Source: an uncultured archaeon | GTDB lineage: Archaea > Asgardarchaeota > Thorarchaeia > Thorarchaeales > Thorarchaeaceae | NCBI GenBank assembly: GCA_964458565.1 | Contig: CAYWJO010000008.1 | Location: 1 to 64,000, forward strand | Length of the DNA: 64,000 bases | Direction of reading: 5' to 3' | In this document: piece after piece, positions 48,449-57,893 of the stretch | How positions within the stretch are numbered: position 1 is the stretch's first letter | How the letters are laid out: every line of letters begins with the position of its first letter | The notes under the pieces: generated by a model | Told to the model about the DNA's origin: nothing | Seen by the model: the letters and a program-made list of their open reading frames with translations, nothing else | Databases searched by the model: none | Position numbers and translations under genes: made by a program

Positions 48449-49117
48449 CTAACTCCTTGTCATTCTGTACTTCATTAGTTTTTCTTCTGCAGAATCCACC
48501 AGGTATGTCAAATCCAGCAGTAGAATATAGAGAAGTCCTATTGCTATCATACTAAACATGAGGGTGATTCCGTGTTCCATTCCCATCTGCAGACCACTTC
48601 CAGTGATGACTTGAGGATGAAGTGTATCCCAGATCTGTATTGAGAAATAACTGAGGATAACAGCTGGAAATGCAATTACTCCAAAAATGGATCCGAATTG
48701 AGCTTGCATTTCTCTGTCATCAACAGATGATCTATAGACTAAAAGACATGCATAGGCTATCCACAGAATCAATGTAGTTGTCTCTCTAGGGTCCCAATTC
48801 CACGGTGTTCCCCAAGTGGCGTTTGCCCACATCATGCCACTAAGTAGTGTAATTGTAGTGAACGCTAAACCGATTTTGATTGAAGCTGCAGAGATTACAT
48901 CATACTTCAAATTACCTTTCCATAGATAAATGACTGAGCATACCAGAGTTACTCCAAATGCCGCATAGGAAACCAGTGCTGGAGCAACATGTTGGAAAAA
49001 GATCCTGATAAGTTCTTCAAGCTCTTTCTCAGGAGGGGCGAATATCCAAGTTGTCCAGAGATAGATCACGCAGAATATTCCGACAATCTCCATGAATATG
49101 AGCCTTTTTGTCAACAC
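48449..49117 (-). CDS. ccmC: Heme exporter / WWD-domain protein CcmC
   Basis: RIFFQHV, WANATWGTPWNWDPRET, WDTLHP. Confidence 0.93.
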   Translation of the reverse strand: MLTKRLIFMEIVGIFCVIYLWTTWIFAPPEKELEELIRIFFQHVAPALVSYAAFGVTLVCSVIYLWKGNLKYDVISAASIKIGLAFTTITLLSGMMWANATWGTPWNWDPRETTTLILWIAYACLLVYRSSVDDREMQAQFGSIFGVIAFPAVILSYFSIQIWDTLHPQVITGSGLQMGMEHGITLMFSMIAIGLLYILLLDLTYLVDSAEEKLMKYRMTRS

Positions 49118-49183
49118 TTGAGATTCCTCTCGAATGGCTGTTCTGAAATCTTTCGGAATATGAAGGTTACGTTATAGTAAATT

Positions 49184-49894
49184 TCAAGGTGAAAGAGCAT
49201 AGCTAAATACTCCTGCTGATAGCGTTATCATTGCAACTAAATGTGCTAGTAAAGCTACAAATAGTAACGAGACAGTGAGTCCTGCGGCAATTACAACAAC
49301 CGTTCCGGTGGCCATCACTCGCGTTATTTCAATAAGTAGTATCAACCCTGAGGTTGCTGTTGGGAAATACACTAGAGGGAAGATGGTAGCTTTCGATTCT
49401 GAGGGCATCGTTAATGCAGAAGCCATGGAACCAACCGCAGCCAAGTCAAGTGTTCCAATAATAAGAGTTGCAACGACAAGGAGTGGTTCTTCACCAAACA
49501 TCGTGAATCCAAAGAGTACCTGGATTACAGGAATTATGAAAATCTCTACCAATGACATCAAAACGAACCCGTAGATCACTTTTCCTATATAGACTGACCA
49601 AGCTGGAATTGGTGCAACTGAGAGACCTCGAAGTGTTCCTGATTCTGATTCTGCGAGGAAGATTGGAGCAAATCCAAACATTCCTGTAAAGAAAACAATA
49701 ACCCAGATGAGTGCAGCTCCAATTGCCGCCTCTCCTCCTAAATCTTCAACAAGAGCAGAGGGAAGTGCAAATGAGAAAGCTAGTCCTGCAATCAAGGCAA
49801 AAAGGAGCATGGAGAAGATCTCAAACTTCTTCCTCACCTGACTCAGAATGTCCTTCTTTGCTATCTTGAGAGCTGCATGAAATCCTGACGCCAT
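49184..49894 (-). CDS. ccmB: CcmB ABC permease
   Basis: Six TM helices, ESESGTLRGL..P motif, between ccmA and ccmC. Confidence 0.85.
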   Translation of the reverse strand: MASGFHAALKIAKKDILSQVRKKFEIFSMLLFALIAGLAFSFALPSALVEDLGGEAAIGAALIWVIVFFTGMFGFAPIFLAESESGTLRGLSVAPIPAWSVYIGKVIYGFVLMSLVEIFIIPVIQVLFGFTMFGEEPLLVVATLIIGTLDLAAVGSMASALTMPSESKATIFPLVYFPTATSGLILLIEITRVMATGTVVVIAAGLTVSLLFVALLAHLVAMITLSAGVFSYALSP

Positions 49895-49904
49895 TTATTT
49901 CACC

Positions 49905-50594
49905 TCAAAGTACTCCATCAAACTCCGATGCTGGACCAGAACTGAGAACCTCTCCCTTTCTCAGAGTGACATAGTCATCACATAACTCAACCCCTAACTG
50001 GAGATTGTGAGTGGTCAGAATTACTGTGCGAGATTTTCGTATCTCTCCCAGATATTCTTTGAATACTTCAGTTGTGTCCCGGTCAAGGCCTGAAAATGGC
50101 TCATCTAGAAGAAGTAATTCAGGTTCGTGTAATAACGATCTAACGATGTCAAATCGTTTTCGAAGACCAGTTGAAAGAATTTTGACAGGTTCGTGTAACC
50201 AGCTTTTGACTCCGAAAATTTCAGTAAGTTTTGTGGAGTTCACGTTGAGTATTTCTTTACTTAGTCCATATAGTCCAGCATAGAATTCCAAGTTTTCATA
50301 TCCCGATAATTCTCCGTAGAGGAGATCCTTGTCTCCTACTATCCCAATGCGCTCACAAACCTCTATCGACTCTTCAATGGGATCGTACCCTAGAACACGT
50401 ATTTTGCCACCATGAGGACGAAGGAGTGTCGAAATGATTCGCATCAGAGTTGTTTTACCTGCACCGTTGGCACCGAAGAGACCGTGGATTCCATTTACAG
50501 GAAATTTGATGTCTACATTCTTTAGGGCTACTCTGTATCCATATCTCCTAGTAAGTTTGGTTGTTTCGATAGCCTCACTTGACAAATGACTCAC
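49905..50594 (-). CDS. ccmA: CcmA ABC ATPase
   Basis: GANGAGKTT, LSTG, LLLLDEP, TTH; first gene of ccmABCDE. Confidence 0.85.
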   Translation of the reverse strand: MSHLSSEAIETTKLTRRYGYRVALKNVDIKFPVNGIHGLFGANGAGKTTLMRIISTLLRPHGGKIRVLGYDPIEESIEVCERIGIVGDKDLLYGELSGYENLEFYAGLYGLSKEILNVNSTKLTEIFGVKSWLHEPVKILSTGLRKRFDIVRSLLHEPELLLLDEPFSGLDRDTTEVFKEYLGEIRKSRTVILTTHNLQLGVELCDDYVTLRKGEVLSSGPASEFDGVL

Positions 50595-50652
50595 CTATTC
50601 TCTCATCTCTTGATGCCGTGGTAATCCAGCTACATTGAAGAATGTTGTTCTC

Positions 50653-52383
50653 CTAATGGAATATCTTCCTGAACAGACGCATGAATGGTCCGCCCATTGT
50701 CAGAGTAAATGGCATTGGTACATAGTTTGCTACTTCAACCACTGCTGTGCCTGCAATCAACCCAATGATAACAGCCTGGAAAACTGTCCAGAGGTCTTTT
50801 ATCATTAGCCAGCTAACAAATCCTGCTAATAGATCAGGTACAATGAGTCCTGCTACCCATAATCCGATAGGTGCAGCAATCGCGGCCCCAATTAGTATCA
50901 AGAGATTCATTCTCAGTGAAAGACGCATCGGTCCAGGAAATACCGCATGTGGATTCAGCTTACCCTTTGGGTCAGTCTTCTTCTTTAATTCCGCCATCTG
51001 AGCATACCGGTCCTCTCCAAAGTATCTCCGTGAATGTGATACGTTCCACATTCCAATTGAATACGGACGTCCACCATTCTTGAGACCAATATCAATGAAG
51101 TCCAATGATCTATACCATCCCATCAGGAAGGATATTTTCTTACGTTCATCATCTAGGAACCAGCAAAGAACAGCCACTTGTTTATCGATGTTGACAGCTC
51201 CTTCAGCTGCAAATCTTTCACCCTTGAAATGTTTCTCAATTTGTTCCAAGAAGAGATCCATCTGGTCCAGAGGAACATACACTTCGGATGGTGCAACACT
51301 TGGTCCAAGCCTTTTCACTCGCATTGGATAAAACCTTTCAGCCCATTCATGATGGGCGATCTCATCAGATTCGATAGTACCTCCATGGTAACTGACTATC
51401 TTCTTGAAATCCTCCACATCTTGAGTGATTTGCTCGTCGATATCTTCGTATGTACATGAGATTACCCAGGGGCCGGTGGTATCTGGAGCAAGTCCTAACT
51501 CTGCCAGCATTCCGTAGAAAACATCAGTGACAAAGTGAAGATAGAATGGGTTGGTGGTTTCCTTGATGTGCATACAAGCTGCAAGCATCGATTCCTTGTC
51601 CTGAAATGATGCAGCTAGAGGTTTTACTGTCCTTAGTGGAATAATCTTCAAAACAACTTTGGTAATTATACCCAAAGATCCGTTACTATCAATGAAGAGA
51701 TCTGTCAGGTTGAATTTCTTTTCAATTTCAGGAGACCAGTAGTATGTGTCATTTCCTGGAAAGTATGTATATTCCTTCTTGATGAGATTATCTACAAGTC
51801 CTTCGGGAGCATCTGCAGTTCTTATGATTTCTCCATTTGGTAACACGATTTCTAGGTCAACAACTTGTTGTTCAACACCACCATATTTCGTGCTACCTAT
51901 TCCAGTGCCACCTGCAGCTACCCAACCTCCAACAGTTGAAGCTGGTGCACTAGATGGATATGCACATAGAGTTAGGCTTTGTTCCTCAAGAGCTTCTAGT
52001 AGAGTGCTCCAAATTATTCCTGCTCCAACTTCGATTGTCATATTGTTCCTATCGATACTGTGGATTTCATTCATTCGTGTTGTTTCCACAATTAATCCGC
52101 CTACCGTGGGAATGGCACCTCCATAACCTGACGTACCATGACCCCTAGGAACGATAGGAATCTTATTGGCAAGACAATATTGAATCAGTTTTGAAACGAC
52201 TTCCGAGGATGTAGGTTGAGCAACTCCATCAGCTTCTGTGTAGAGCAAATCATTGACAATACCTGGAAGTGAGGCTATGTCATGGGAGTATAATTTCCTC
52301 ATGTAATCGTCAGCTGAGAAGAAGTCTTCACCAACGATATCAGCAATATCTTGTTTTTGATTGTCCTTGAGCATTGTATTCAC
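50653..52383 (-). CDS. FAD-linked oxidoreductase (GlcD-like) with C-terminal TM helices
   Basis: PRGHGTSGYGG, STVGGW, SNGSLGIIT, DPKGKLNP; hydrophobic C-terminal ~85 aa. Confidence 0.88.
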   Translation of the reverse strand: MNTMLKDNQKQDIADIVGEDFFSADDYMRKLYSHDIASLPGIVNDLLYTEADGVAQPTSSEVVSKLIQYCLANKIPIVPRGHGTSGYGGAIPTVGGLIVETTRMNEIHSIDRNNMTIEVGAGIIWSTLLEALEEQSLTLCAYPSSAPASTVGGWVAAGGTGIGSTKYGGVEQQVVDLEIVLPNGEIIRTADAPEGLVDNLIKKEYTYFPGNDTYYWSPEIEKKFNLTDLFIDSNGSLGIITKVVLKIIPLRTVKPLAASFQDKESMLAACMHIKETTNPFYLHFVTDVFYGMLAELGLAPDTTGPWVISCTYEDIDEQITQDVEDFKKIVSYHGGTIESDEIAHHEWAERFYPMRVKRLGPSVAPSEVYVPLDQMDLFLEQIEKHFKGERFAAEGAVNIDKQVAVLCWFLDDERKKISFLMGWYRSLDFIDIGLKNGGRPYSIGMWNVSHSRRYFGEDRYAQMAELKKKTDPKGKLNPHAVFPGPMRLSLRMNLLILIGAAIAAPIGLWVAGLIVPDLLAGFVSWLMIKDLWTVFQAVIIGLIAGTAVVEVANYVPMPFTLTMGGPFMRLFRKIFH

Positions 52384-53567
52384 TACTCCAATCCTAATGC
52401 TTCGGTAACAATTTCTGAGAGATCTTTGAAGACAATCTCTGATTCCATACTTTCAAGACCATCGTTGAATGACATTGTGCAAGACGGGCATTCGCTTGCT
52501 AGGAATTCCGCCCCGGTCTTCTCTGCAGCTTTTAGTCGTCTTTGAGAGATTCTAATAGACATAAGCGGATTTGTACCTTTGAGTAGTCCGCCACCACCAC
52601 AGCAATCTGCTTTATTCCGATTGTGCTTCAACTCCTTCAATTCCAGTCCAGGAATTGCTTTGAGAACTTCACGAGCGGGATCGTAGATATTCTGATGGCG
52701 ACCCAGTTCACATGGGTCATGCCATGCCACCTTGTGATTATAGGGTTTCGTAAACTTGATTTTTCCTTCCTGTATCTTCTTCAAAATAAATTGTGAGAAA
52801 CTAAGAAATTCGAATCCTTCAATTGCTGCGTGTCCTAGAAGATGTTCATATTCTTCGGAAAATGCTCGGTGACAACCTGGACAATTGAATACTACTGTCT
52901 TTACTCCAAGTTTTCTTAGCTTTGAGAGATGGTGCTCTGCTGTTTCTCTTGCTTTTTCAAATTCACCCGCAACAAAGTACGGATTCCCACAGCAATATTC
53001 TTCCTCTCCTAAAATTGTGAAGTCAAGTCCAAGATGGTTGAATATTTTGATTGTGTTTTCTCCCAGCTTTGCCAAAGTTCCCTTGAATGAGATATTGCAA
53101 CCAGCAAAATACGCTACTTCTGCTTCGACATCAATTCTGTCCTCAACAAGATCATCAATCATGTCAGTCCAGATAGTACGGTCAGATTGGTCAAGATCCA
53201 TTATGTTGTGGCTATTCTCAATCGATTGGTCCAAGAATTTCACAGTCTCTGGCCATTCATCTAGATTACCTATTTCATTTCGAATAAGTTGCCAGAATCT
53301 CAGTAGGGGTATGTTTGTCTGACAAATATCTTGACATGCTCCACATAATGTACATTTGAAAATACGGTCTGCGAAATCAGCGGGAATTGGTTTTCCTTCC
53401 TTTATGAGGGATTTCAGTTGATATAACTTCCCTCGCGGTGATTGAGAGTCCCATAAAGTGTCTAAGTATGCTGGGCAGACAAAGGTGCAATATCCACATC
53501 TTGCACATACTGTGGGCTCGATGTCTAGGGTTTCCTTTTTCAGTGCTTCAAAGAGATCGTTTCCCAT
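52383..53567 (-). CDS. GlcF/HdrD-like CCG Fe-S protein
   Basis: CARCGYCTFVCP, CTLCGACQDIC, YCCG, NCPGC, HDPC, CCGGGG, ECPSC. Confidence 0.9.
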   Translation of the reverse strand: MGNDLFEALKKETLDIEPTVCARCGYCTFVCPAYLDTLWDSQSPRGKLYQLKSLIKEGKPIPADFADRIFKCTLCGACQDICQTNIPLLRFWQLIRNEIGNLDEWPETVKFLDQSIENSHNIMDLDQSDRTIWTDMIDDLVEDRIDVEAEVAYFAGCNISFKGTLAKLGENTIKIFNHLGLDFTILGEEEYCCGNPYFVAGEFEKARETAEHHLSKLRKLGVKTVVFNCPGCHRAFSEEYEHLLGHAAIEGFEFLSFSQFILKKIQEGKIKFTKPYNHKVAWHDPCELGRHQNIYDPAREVLKAIPGLELKELKHNRNKADCCGGGGLLKGTNPLMSIRISQRRLKAAEKTGAEFLASECPSCTMSFNDGLESMESEIVFKDLSEIVTEALGLE

Positions 53568-53588
53568 TTTGTTCTCCTCTTAATTTCT

Positions 53589-54092
53589 TCATGGCCAAGG
53601 TAGACCTATCCAATGGAGTAATGGGTCCAGAATAGATTCTCCATAAACAGCAACACCACCCAAAGCTCCCAGGAAGACCATAAGCATCCCGCCGATGATG
53701 GCTACAATGCCATAGGTTAAGAATGATACTCTGCCAACCCAGATACGGTCTCCGACTTTGGCACGTACGACTACAAGAAATATGTAAAGCTCTGTTGCGA
53801 TGACTGACCAGAGAATCTTGAATCTCATAATTGGATCCGCAATAAGAATATCAACAGGCCAAGCTGGTTCCATAAATCCAGTTACCATTCCTGCAATTAG
53901 ACCAATGAGTCCTATTATATTACCCCAGAAAATGAAGATGTCTAGCTCATGGAATATCTTTGCCATTCTTGTGCCGGGTGTTCGAATCGCTTCGCGGTAC
54001 ATCAATCGAAGCAACAAATTAATCATGACCACAACTGCAACTGCTGCAAGAATTCCTGTATGGAAGTGGACAAATGTTGGATGAATTGCCAT
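53589..54092 (-). CDS. DUF2231-like 4-TM membrane protein; likely start ATG 54092
   Basis: MAIHPTFVHFH, AGMVTGF, GALGGVAVYG pattern; AGGAGG upstream. Confidence 0.65.
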   Translation of the reverse strand: MAIHPTFVHFHTGILAAVAVVVMINLLLRLMYREAIRTPGTRMAKIFHELDIFIFWGNIIGLIGLIAGMVTGFMEPAWPVDILIADPIMRFKILWSVIATELYIFLVVVRAKVGDRIWVGRVSFLTYGIVAIIGGMLMVFLGALGGVAVYGESILDPLLHWIGLPWP

Positions 54093-54094
54093 TA

Positions 54095-54688
54095 TTATGC
54101 CCTCCTGATGATATAGATTGCTAATATGATCATTATAATCCCAACAAGCGGTATCAGTATAAACATCATTGTGTACCAAATGCTGATGAGTTCAGCAGGA
54201 TCAACTGGTTCAGTAGGTGTGAATCCAGTTGTTGCTCCTTCAACATCAACTTCGATATCAACACTATTCGCGTTTGGATATTCTCCACCGACCCAAATTC
54301 TAAGAGTATACTGTCCTCCTACTAAAGGTGTCACTTCTATTTCTACAGAAATTTCGCCTTCTGCAGAATTTGTGTCACCAGCACCATTGTCATGGACCAC
54401 TTGTGTGGAATAATCAAACATATCGTTGTCAACAGTACTCCAAGATTTTTCTATACGCAAGAGAATGGCGCCTCCAGTGGCATCTATGGTTACTGTGAAT
54501 GGTTCATCAACTGAAGCCGCCACAGTCCCTGTAACATCTGTGTTGATATTGATTGATGCAGCATTATCATGGCATCCTCCACACTCAGCTGTTTGGGTCA
54601 AAGTTGCTGAAACTATATTCGCTCCAGCGGTAACAATAAGAATTGTGCTTAGGAAACCAAAAATAAGAATCATATGGGTTCTCTTCAT
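54095..54688 (-). CDS. Monoheme c-type cytochrome with beta-sandwich domain and C-terminal TM anchor; likely start ATG 54688
   Basis: Signal peptide, CGGCH just after it, C-terminal TM helix plus RRA; GGTGA upstream. Confidence 0.7.
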   Translation of the reverse strand: MKRTHMILIFGFLSTILIVTAGANIVSATLTQTAECGGCHDNAASININTDVTGTVAASVDEPFTVTIDATGGAILLRIEKSWSTVDNDMFDYSTQVVHDNGAGDTNSAEGEISVEIEVTPLVGGQYTLRIWVGGEYPNANSVDIEVDVEGATTGFTPTEPVDPAELISIWYTMMFILIPLVGIIMIILAIYIIRRA

Positions 54689-54915
54689 TGTTTCACCGTA
54701 TCCGCATTTTCCATTCAAATTTTACAATTTGAATTTCGATTTGAAACCAAATGAATGATATATGAGCATATCGGAATATTCCTTATTCTCTCACACTGTA
54801 TAAACAGTTACACTTGGAAGCCAATTAACGTATAAATGGTTTCGAGATATAATTAGCTGATGGAATTAGCTATCCTCTTCTATATATTTTGAATAAGAAT
54901 TTAATCAAATGATTA

Positions 54916-56640
54916 CTATTTGTTCCAAATTCGACCCATTAGACGTAAAAATGGTAGAGCTAATGAAAAAGCCAAATTCAGTGTCATTAAGTGAGCCATA
55001 ATGTAACCCAAGATACCTCCCCCGATACTGCCAAGAATAAAAACTGGTATTGGAAAATTTGGTAATATAGGATTCATTAAGAATTCAGTAAGCCAACTCA
55101 ATCCTAGTAAAGGTGGACCAAATAGAGCTGCAATCAAAAATACGATTGCTCCTGCGATAAATCCAGCTGCTTGTGTCTTCCTACCTGGAATAACTCTTCC
55201 ACCAAAGACTTTCATTGGATTCATTAGATTATTGGGATCTACTTTCTGTTTCAAACTTCGGAGTGCATAGTATAGATCTTTGCCAAAGAAATCTTCTGAA
55301 TATTTGGCATTCCACAATCCTATTGCATATGGCTTACCGCCATAGCGTACAGCTCTGGATGTAATCTCGAAAGGTCGATACCATCCAGCTAGGTATGAAT
55401 ACTTGTTTCGCTCATCATCAAGGACCCATGCAAGAAAACCAGTGAAACCATCTTTGCTAATGGTACCTTCCACTGCGAATTTTTCCCACTCGATTGAACT
55501 TGATATTTCCATATAGAACTCATTTAGATTCTCAAGTGGAATCAGTACTTCAGATGGTACAATGCTGGGACCATATCTCTTTATTCGAAGTGGAAAAAGC
55601 CTTTCTCTCCAATAATAGCTAGCCCGTTCTTCACTTAATATGATTCCTCCTGTTTCTTTCAGAATTATATCAATGAATTCTAAGCTATCATCATTTTCGT
55701 AAATCGTATTCATCAAAGCTCCAGTCAGAATAAACTCGTTCATTTCAGAATCGTACCCAATGAGTGCTTTGAGTTTTGATGTATAATTATCAGCAAGAAA
55801 GCGAAGATTGAATGGTTTTGCTTTTTCTAGAATCAATATTGCTGCTTTCATCAGAGTCTCCATGTCATGGAATGCACAAGCAAAGGGTCTCAGCTGCAGC
55901 ATGGGTACTATCTTGAGAGTAGCTTTTGTGATAAAACCAATCGTTCCATATGTTGCTACTACTGCTTCGAGGAGGTTATCATGTGGAAAATTTTCTTCTA
56001 ACCAACTACATTCATTCTCATCTAACGGATCGTTTTCTAACACCAATTTTCCTATTCGAACTATTTTGCCATTGGCTAGCACGACCTCGAGACCAAGAAT
56101 CTGATCTGCAATTTCACCAAACATAGCAGAGCCAATTCCAATACCTCCACTAGCTATGAATCCTCCAACAGTTGCAGCAGTTGCACTTGATGGATAAACA
56201 GGAAGTGTTGATCCCAGCTTTTCTAAAAACATCAATAGTTCTCTGTATATTATACCTCCCTCTACTGTCACAGTAAGTCCAAAATTATCAAGGTGTAATA
56301 TCGTTGACATTCGATTGAAATTCACGCATATTCCAGCCTTAGCAGGAATTGCACCTCCCCATCCCGAAGTCCCGCTGCCTCTTGGTACTAAGGGCATCTT
56401 TTTTTCATTCGCGTACAACACAAGCCTCCGAAGAGATTCCACCGTTCTTGGCTGAGCGATTAGATCAAATTTTTTTCTAATTATCTGCTCGGTCAGACTT
56501 GGTAAACTAGCTACATCGTTTTCGTATGCAACGCAAGACTCTCTAATGGTTGAAACTCCATCAGCTCCAACAATGTCTTCTATATGTTGGATCTCCGTGC
56601 TATCTAAATTGACCACTACTCCTTTTCCTCCTTGAGACAC
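54916..56640 (-). CDS. FAD-linked oxidoreductase (GlcD-like) with C-terminal TM helices
   Basis: PRGSGTSGWGG, ATVGGF, TYGTIGFIT, DPNNLMNP; hydrophobic tail. Confidence 0.88.
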   Translation of the reverse strand: MSQGGKGVVVNLDSTEIQHIEDIVGADGVSTIRESCVAYENDVASLPSLTEQIIRKKFDLIAQPRTVESLRRLVLYANEKKMPLVPRGSGTSGWGGAIPAKAGICVNFNRMSTILHLDNFGLTVTVEGGIIYRELLMFLEKLGSTLPVYPSSATAATVGGFIASGGIGIGSAMFGEIADQILGLEVVLANGKIVRIGKLVLENDPLDENECSWLEENFPHDNLLEAVVATYGTIGFITKATLKIVPMLQLRPFACAFHDMETLMKAAILILEKAKPFNLRFLADNYTSKLKALIGYDSEMNEFILTGALMNTIYENDDSLEFIDIILKETGGIILSEERASYYWRERLFPLRIKRYGPSIVPSEVLIPLENLNEFYMEISSSIEWEKFAVEGTISKDGFTGFLAWVLDDERNKYSYLAGWYRPFEITSRAVRYGGKPYAIGLWNAKYSEDFFGKDLYYALRSLKQKVDPNNLMNPMKVFGGRVIPGRKTQAAGFIAGAIVFLIAALFGPPLLGLSWLTEFLMNPILPNFPIPVFILGSIGGGILGYIMAHLMTLNLAFSLALPFLRLMGRIWNK

Positions 56641-57836
56641 TTAGCAACAAGCTCAGCTAAATCCAACCTGTCTATTGAATAATTGATTGAATTGAATGCG
56701 ATATCGAATGCAATCTTGCATCTTGGACACTCAGTCACAAGGAGTGTAGCAGGAGTTACAGATACCTCTCTACATCTTCTCTCTGCAATTCTTGAAGCCA
56801 TTAGTGGGTCTACGCTACTCAAGAGGGCATGGTTTCCACAGCACTTTGTTTCCTTCTCTGAAGCCAACATTTCAACATTGTATACTCCCGGGATTCTTTC
56901 GATAACATCTCTTGGTTCTCGCGTAATCCCTAGTCTTCTGGCGGAAACACAAGGATCATGAAATGTTGCTGTAATCATTGGCTGTTCTTCATATTCAAGT
57001 CTGCCCTCTGCATTCAACCTGTGTATGAATTGTGAAGTAGTTAAAAGTTCAAATTCCTTAGCAATCGATACTCCAAGAAATTCTCTATAAACGGTCCGCC
57101 AGGTATTGATACAAGAAGGACAACTAAACACAATGGTGTTAACACCCAAATCTCTCATTAAGTCAGTATTCTTATTTGCTAATTCAGGAGCACTTTCGTA
57201 GTCTCCTGTCCATAATAAAGGAGCTCCACAGCAAACTTCCTGCTCTCCTAAAAGAGTAAAGTCAACATCAGCGTGCTGCATGATTTTTACCATTGATCGC
57301 GGTATTCCTTGCACCTGTGCCTTCATAGTAGCGTTGCATCCTGCAAAATATGCAACACTCGCATTTCTCCTGATATGGGGATTCACCATGTCTTCAATAC
57401 CTTCTGCCCATATCATACGATTACCTGGTCCCATCCAAAACGGGTCTCCGTATTTCAACATGGAGTCCCGAATTGCCTGAATTGGTGCTGGTAAGAGTCC
57501 TGCTTTAGCCGCTTCAGCTCTGGTGAGTTCCCAGAATCGATCTAATTGTATAGACGTTGTACAAACTGATGAGCAATGTTCACAAAGACTGCAAAGGAAA
57601 ATCTTTCTTGCAAATTCTTCATCAAAGTCTGCTTTACCTTCGAAAATTGATTTCATTACGGAAAGCTTACCTCGAGGACCGTATTGCTCCCATTCCATTT
57701 CATTGAACACTGGACAAACCATTGTGCAATTTCCGCATGAAGCACATACATAGGGTTCTGCCTTCTGTCCCTTCATTCGAAGTGCTTCAAAGTCAGTCAT
57801 GGAATAGTCCTCGGAGTCATTTGCTACTTTTTTCAC
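56616..57836 (-). CDS. GlcF/HdrD-like CCG Fe-S protein
   Basis: CASCGNCTMVCP, CSLCEHCSSVC, VCCG, SCPSC, HDPC, KCCG, ECPRC. Confidence 0.9.
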   Translation of the reverse strand: MKKVANDSEDYSMTDFEALRMKGQKAEPYVCASCGNCTMVCPVFNEMEWEQYGPRGKLSVMKSIFEGKADFDEEFARKIFLCSLCEHCSSVCTTSIQLDRFWELTRAEAAKAGLLPAPIQAIRDSMLKYGDPFWMGPGNRMIWAEGIEDMVNPHIRRNASVAYFAGCNATMKAQVQGIPRSMVKIMQHADVDFTLLGEQEVCCGAPLLWTGDYESAPELANKNTDLMRDLGVNTIVFSCPSCINTWRTVYREFLGVSIAKEFELLTTSQFIHRLNAEGRLEYEEQPMITATFHDPCVSARRLGITREPRDVIERIPGVYNVEMLASEKETKCCGNHALLSSVDPLMASRIAERRCREVSVTPATLLVTECPRCKIAFDIAFNSINYSIDRLDLAELVAKCLKEEKE

Positions 57837-57857
57837 AGGGAGCTTAAAGAAGTCTTG

Positions 57858-57879
57858 GGAGTGCCTGTTATGGCACTCC
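57858..57879. terminator. GC-rich intergenic hairpin
   Basis: GGAGTGCC tgttat GGCACTCC between co-oriented genes. Confidence 0.45.
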
Positions 57880-57893
57880 TCGTTTCAGAATGA

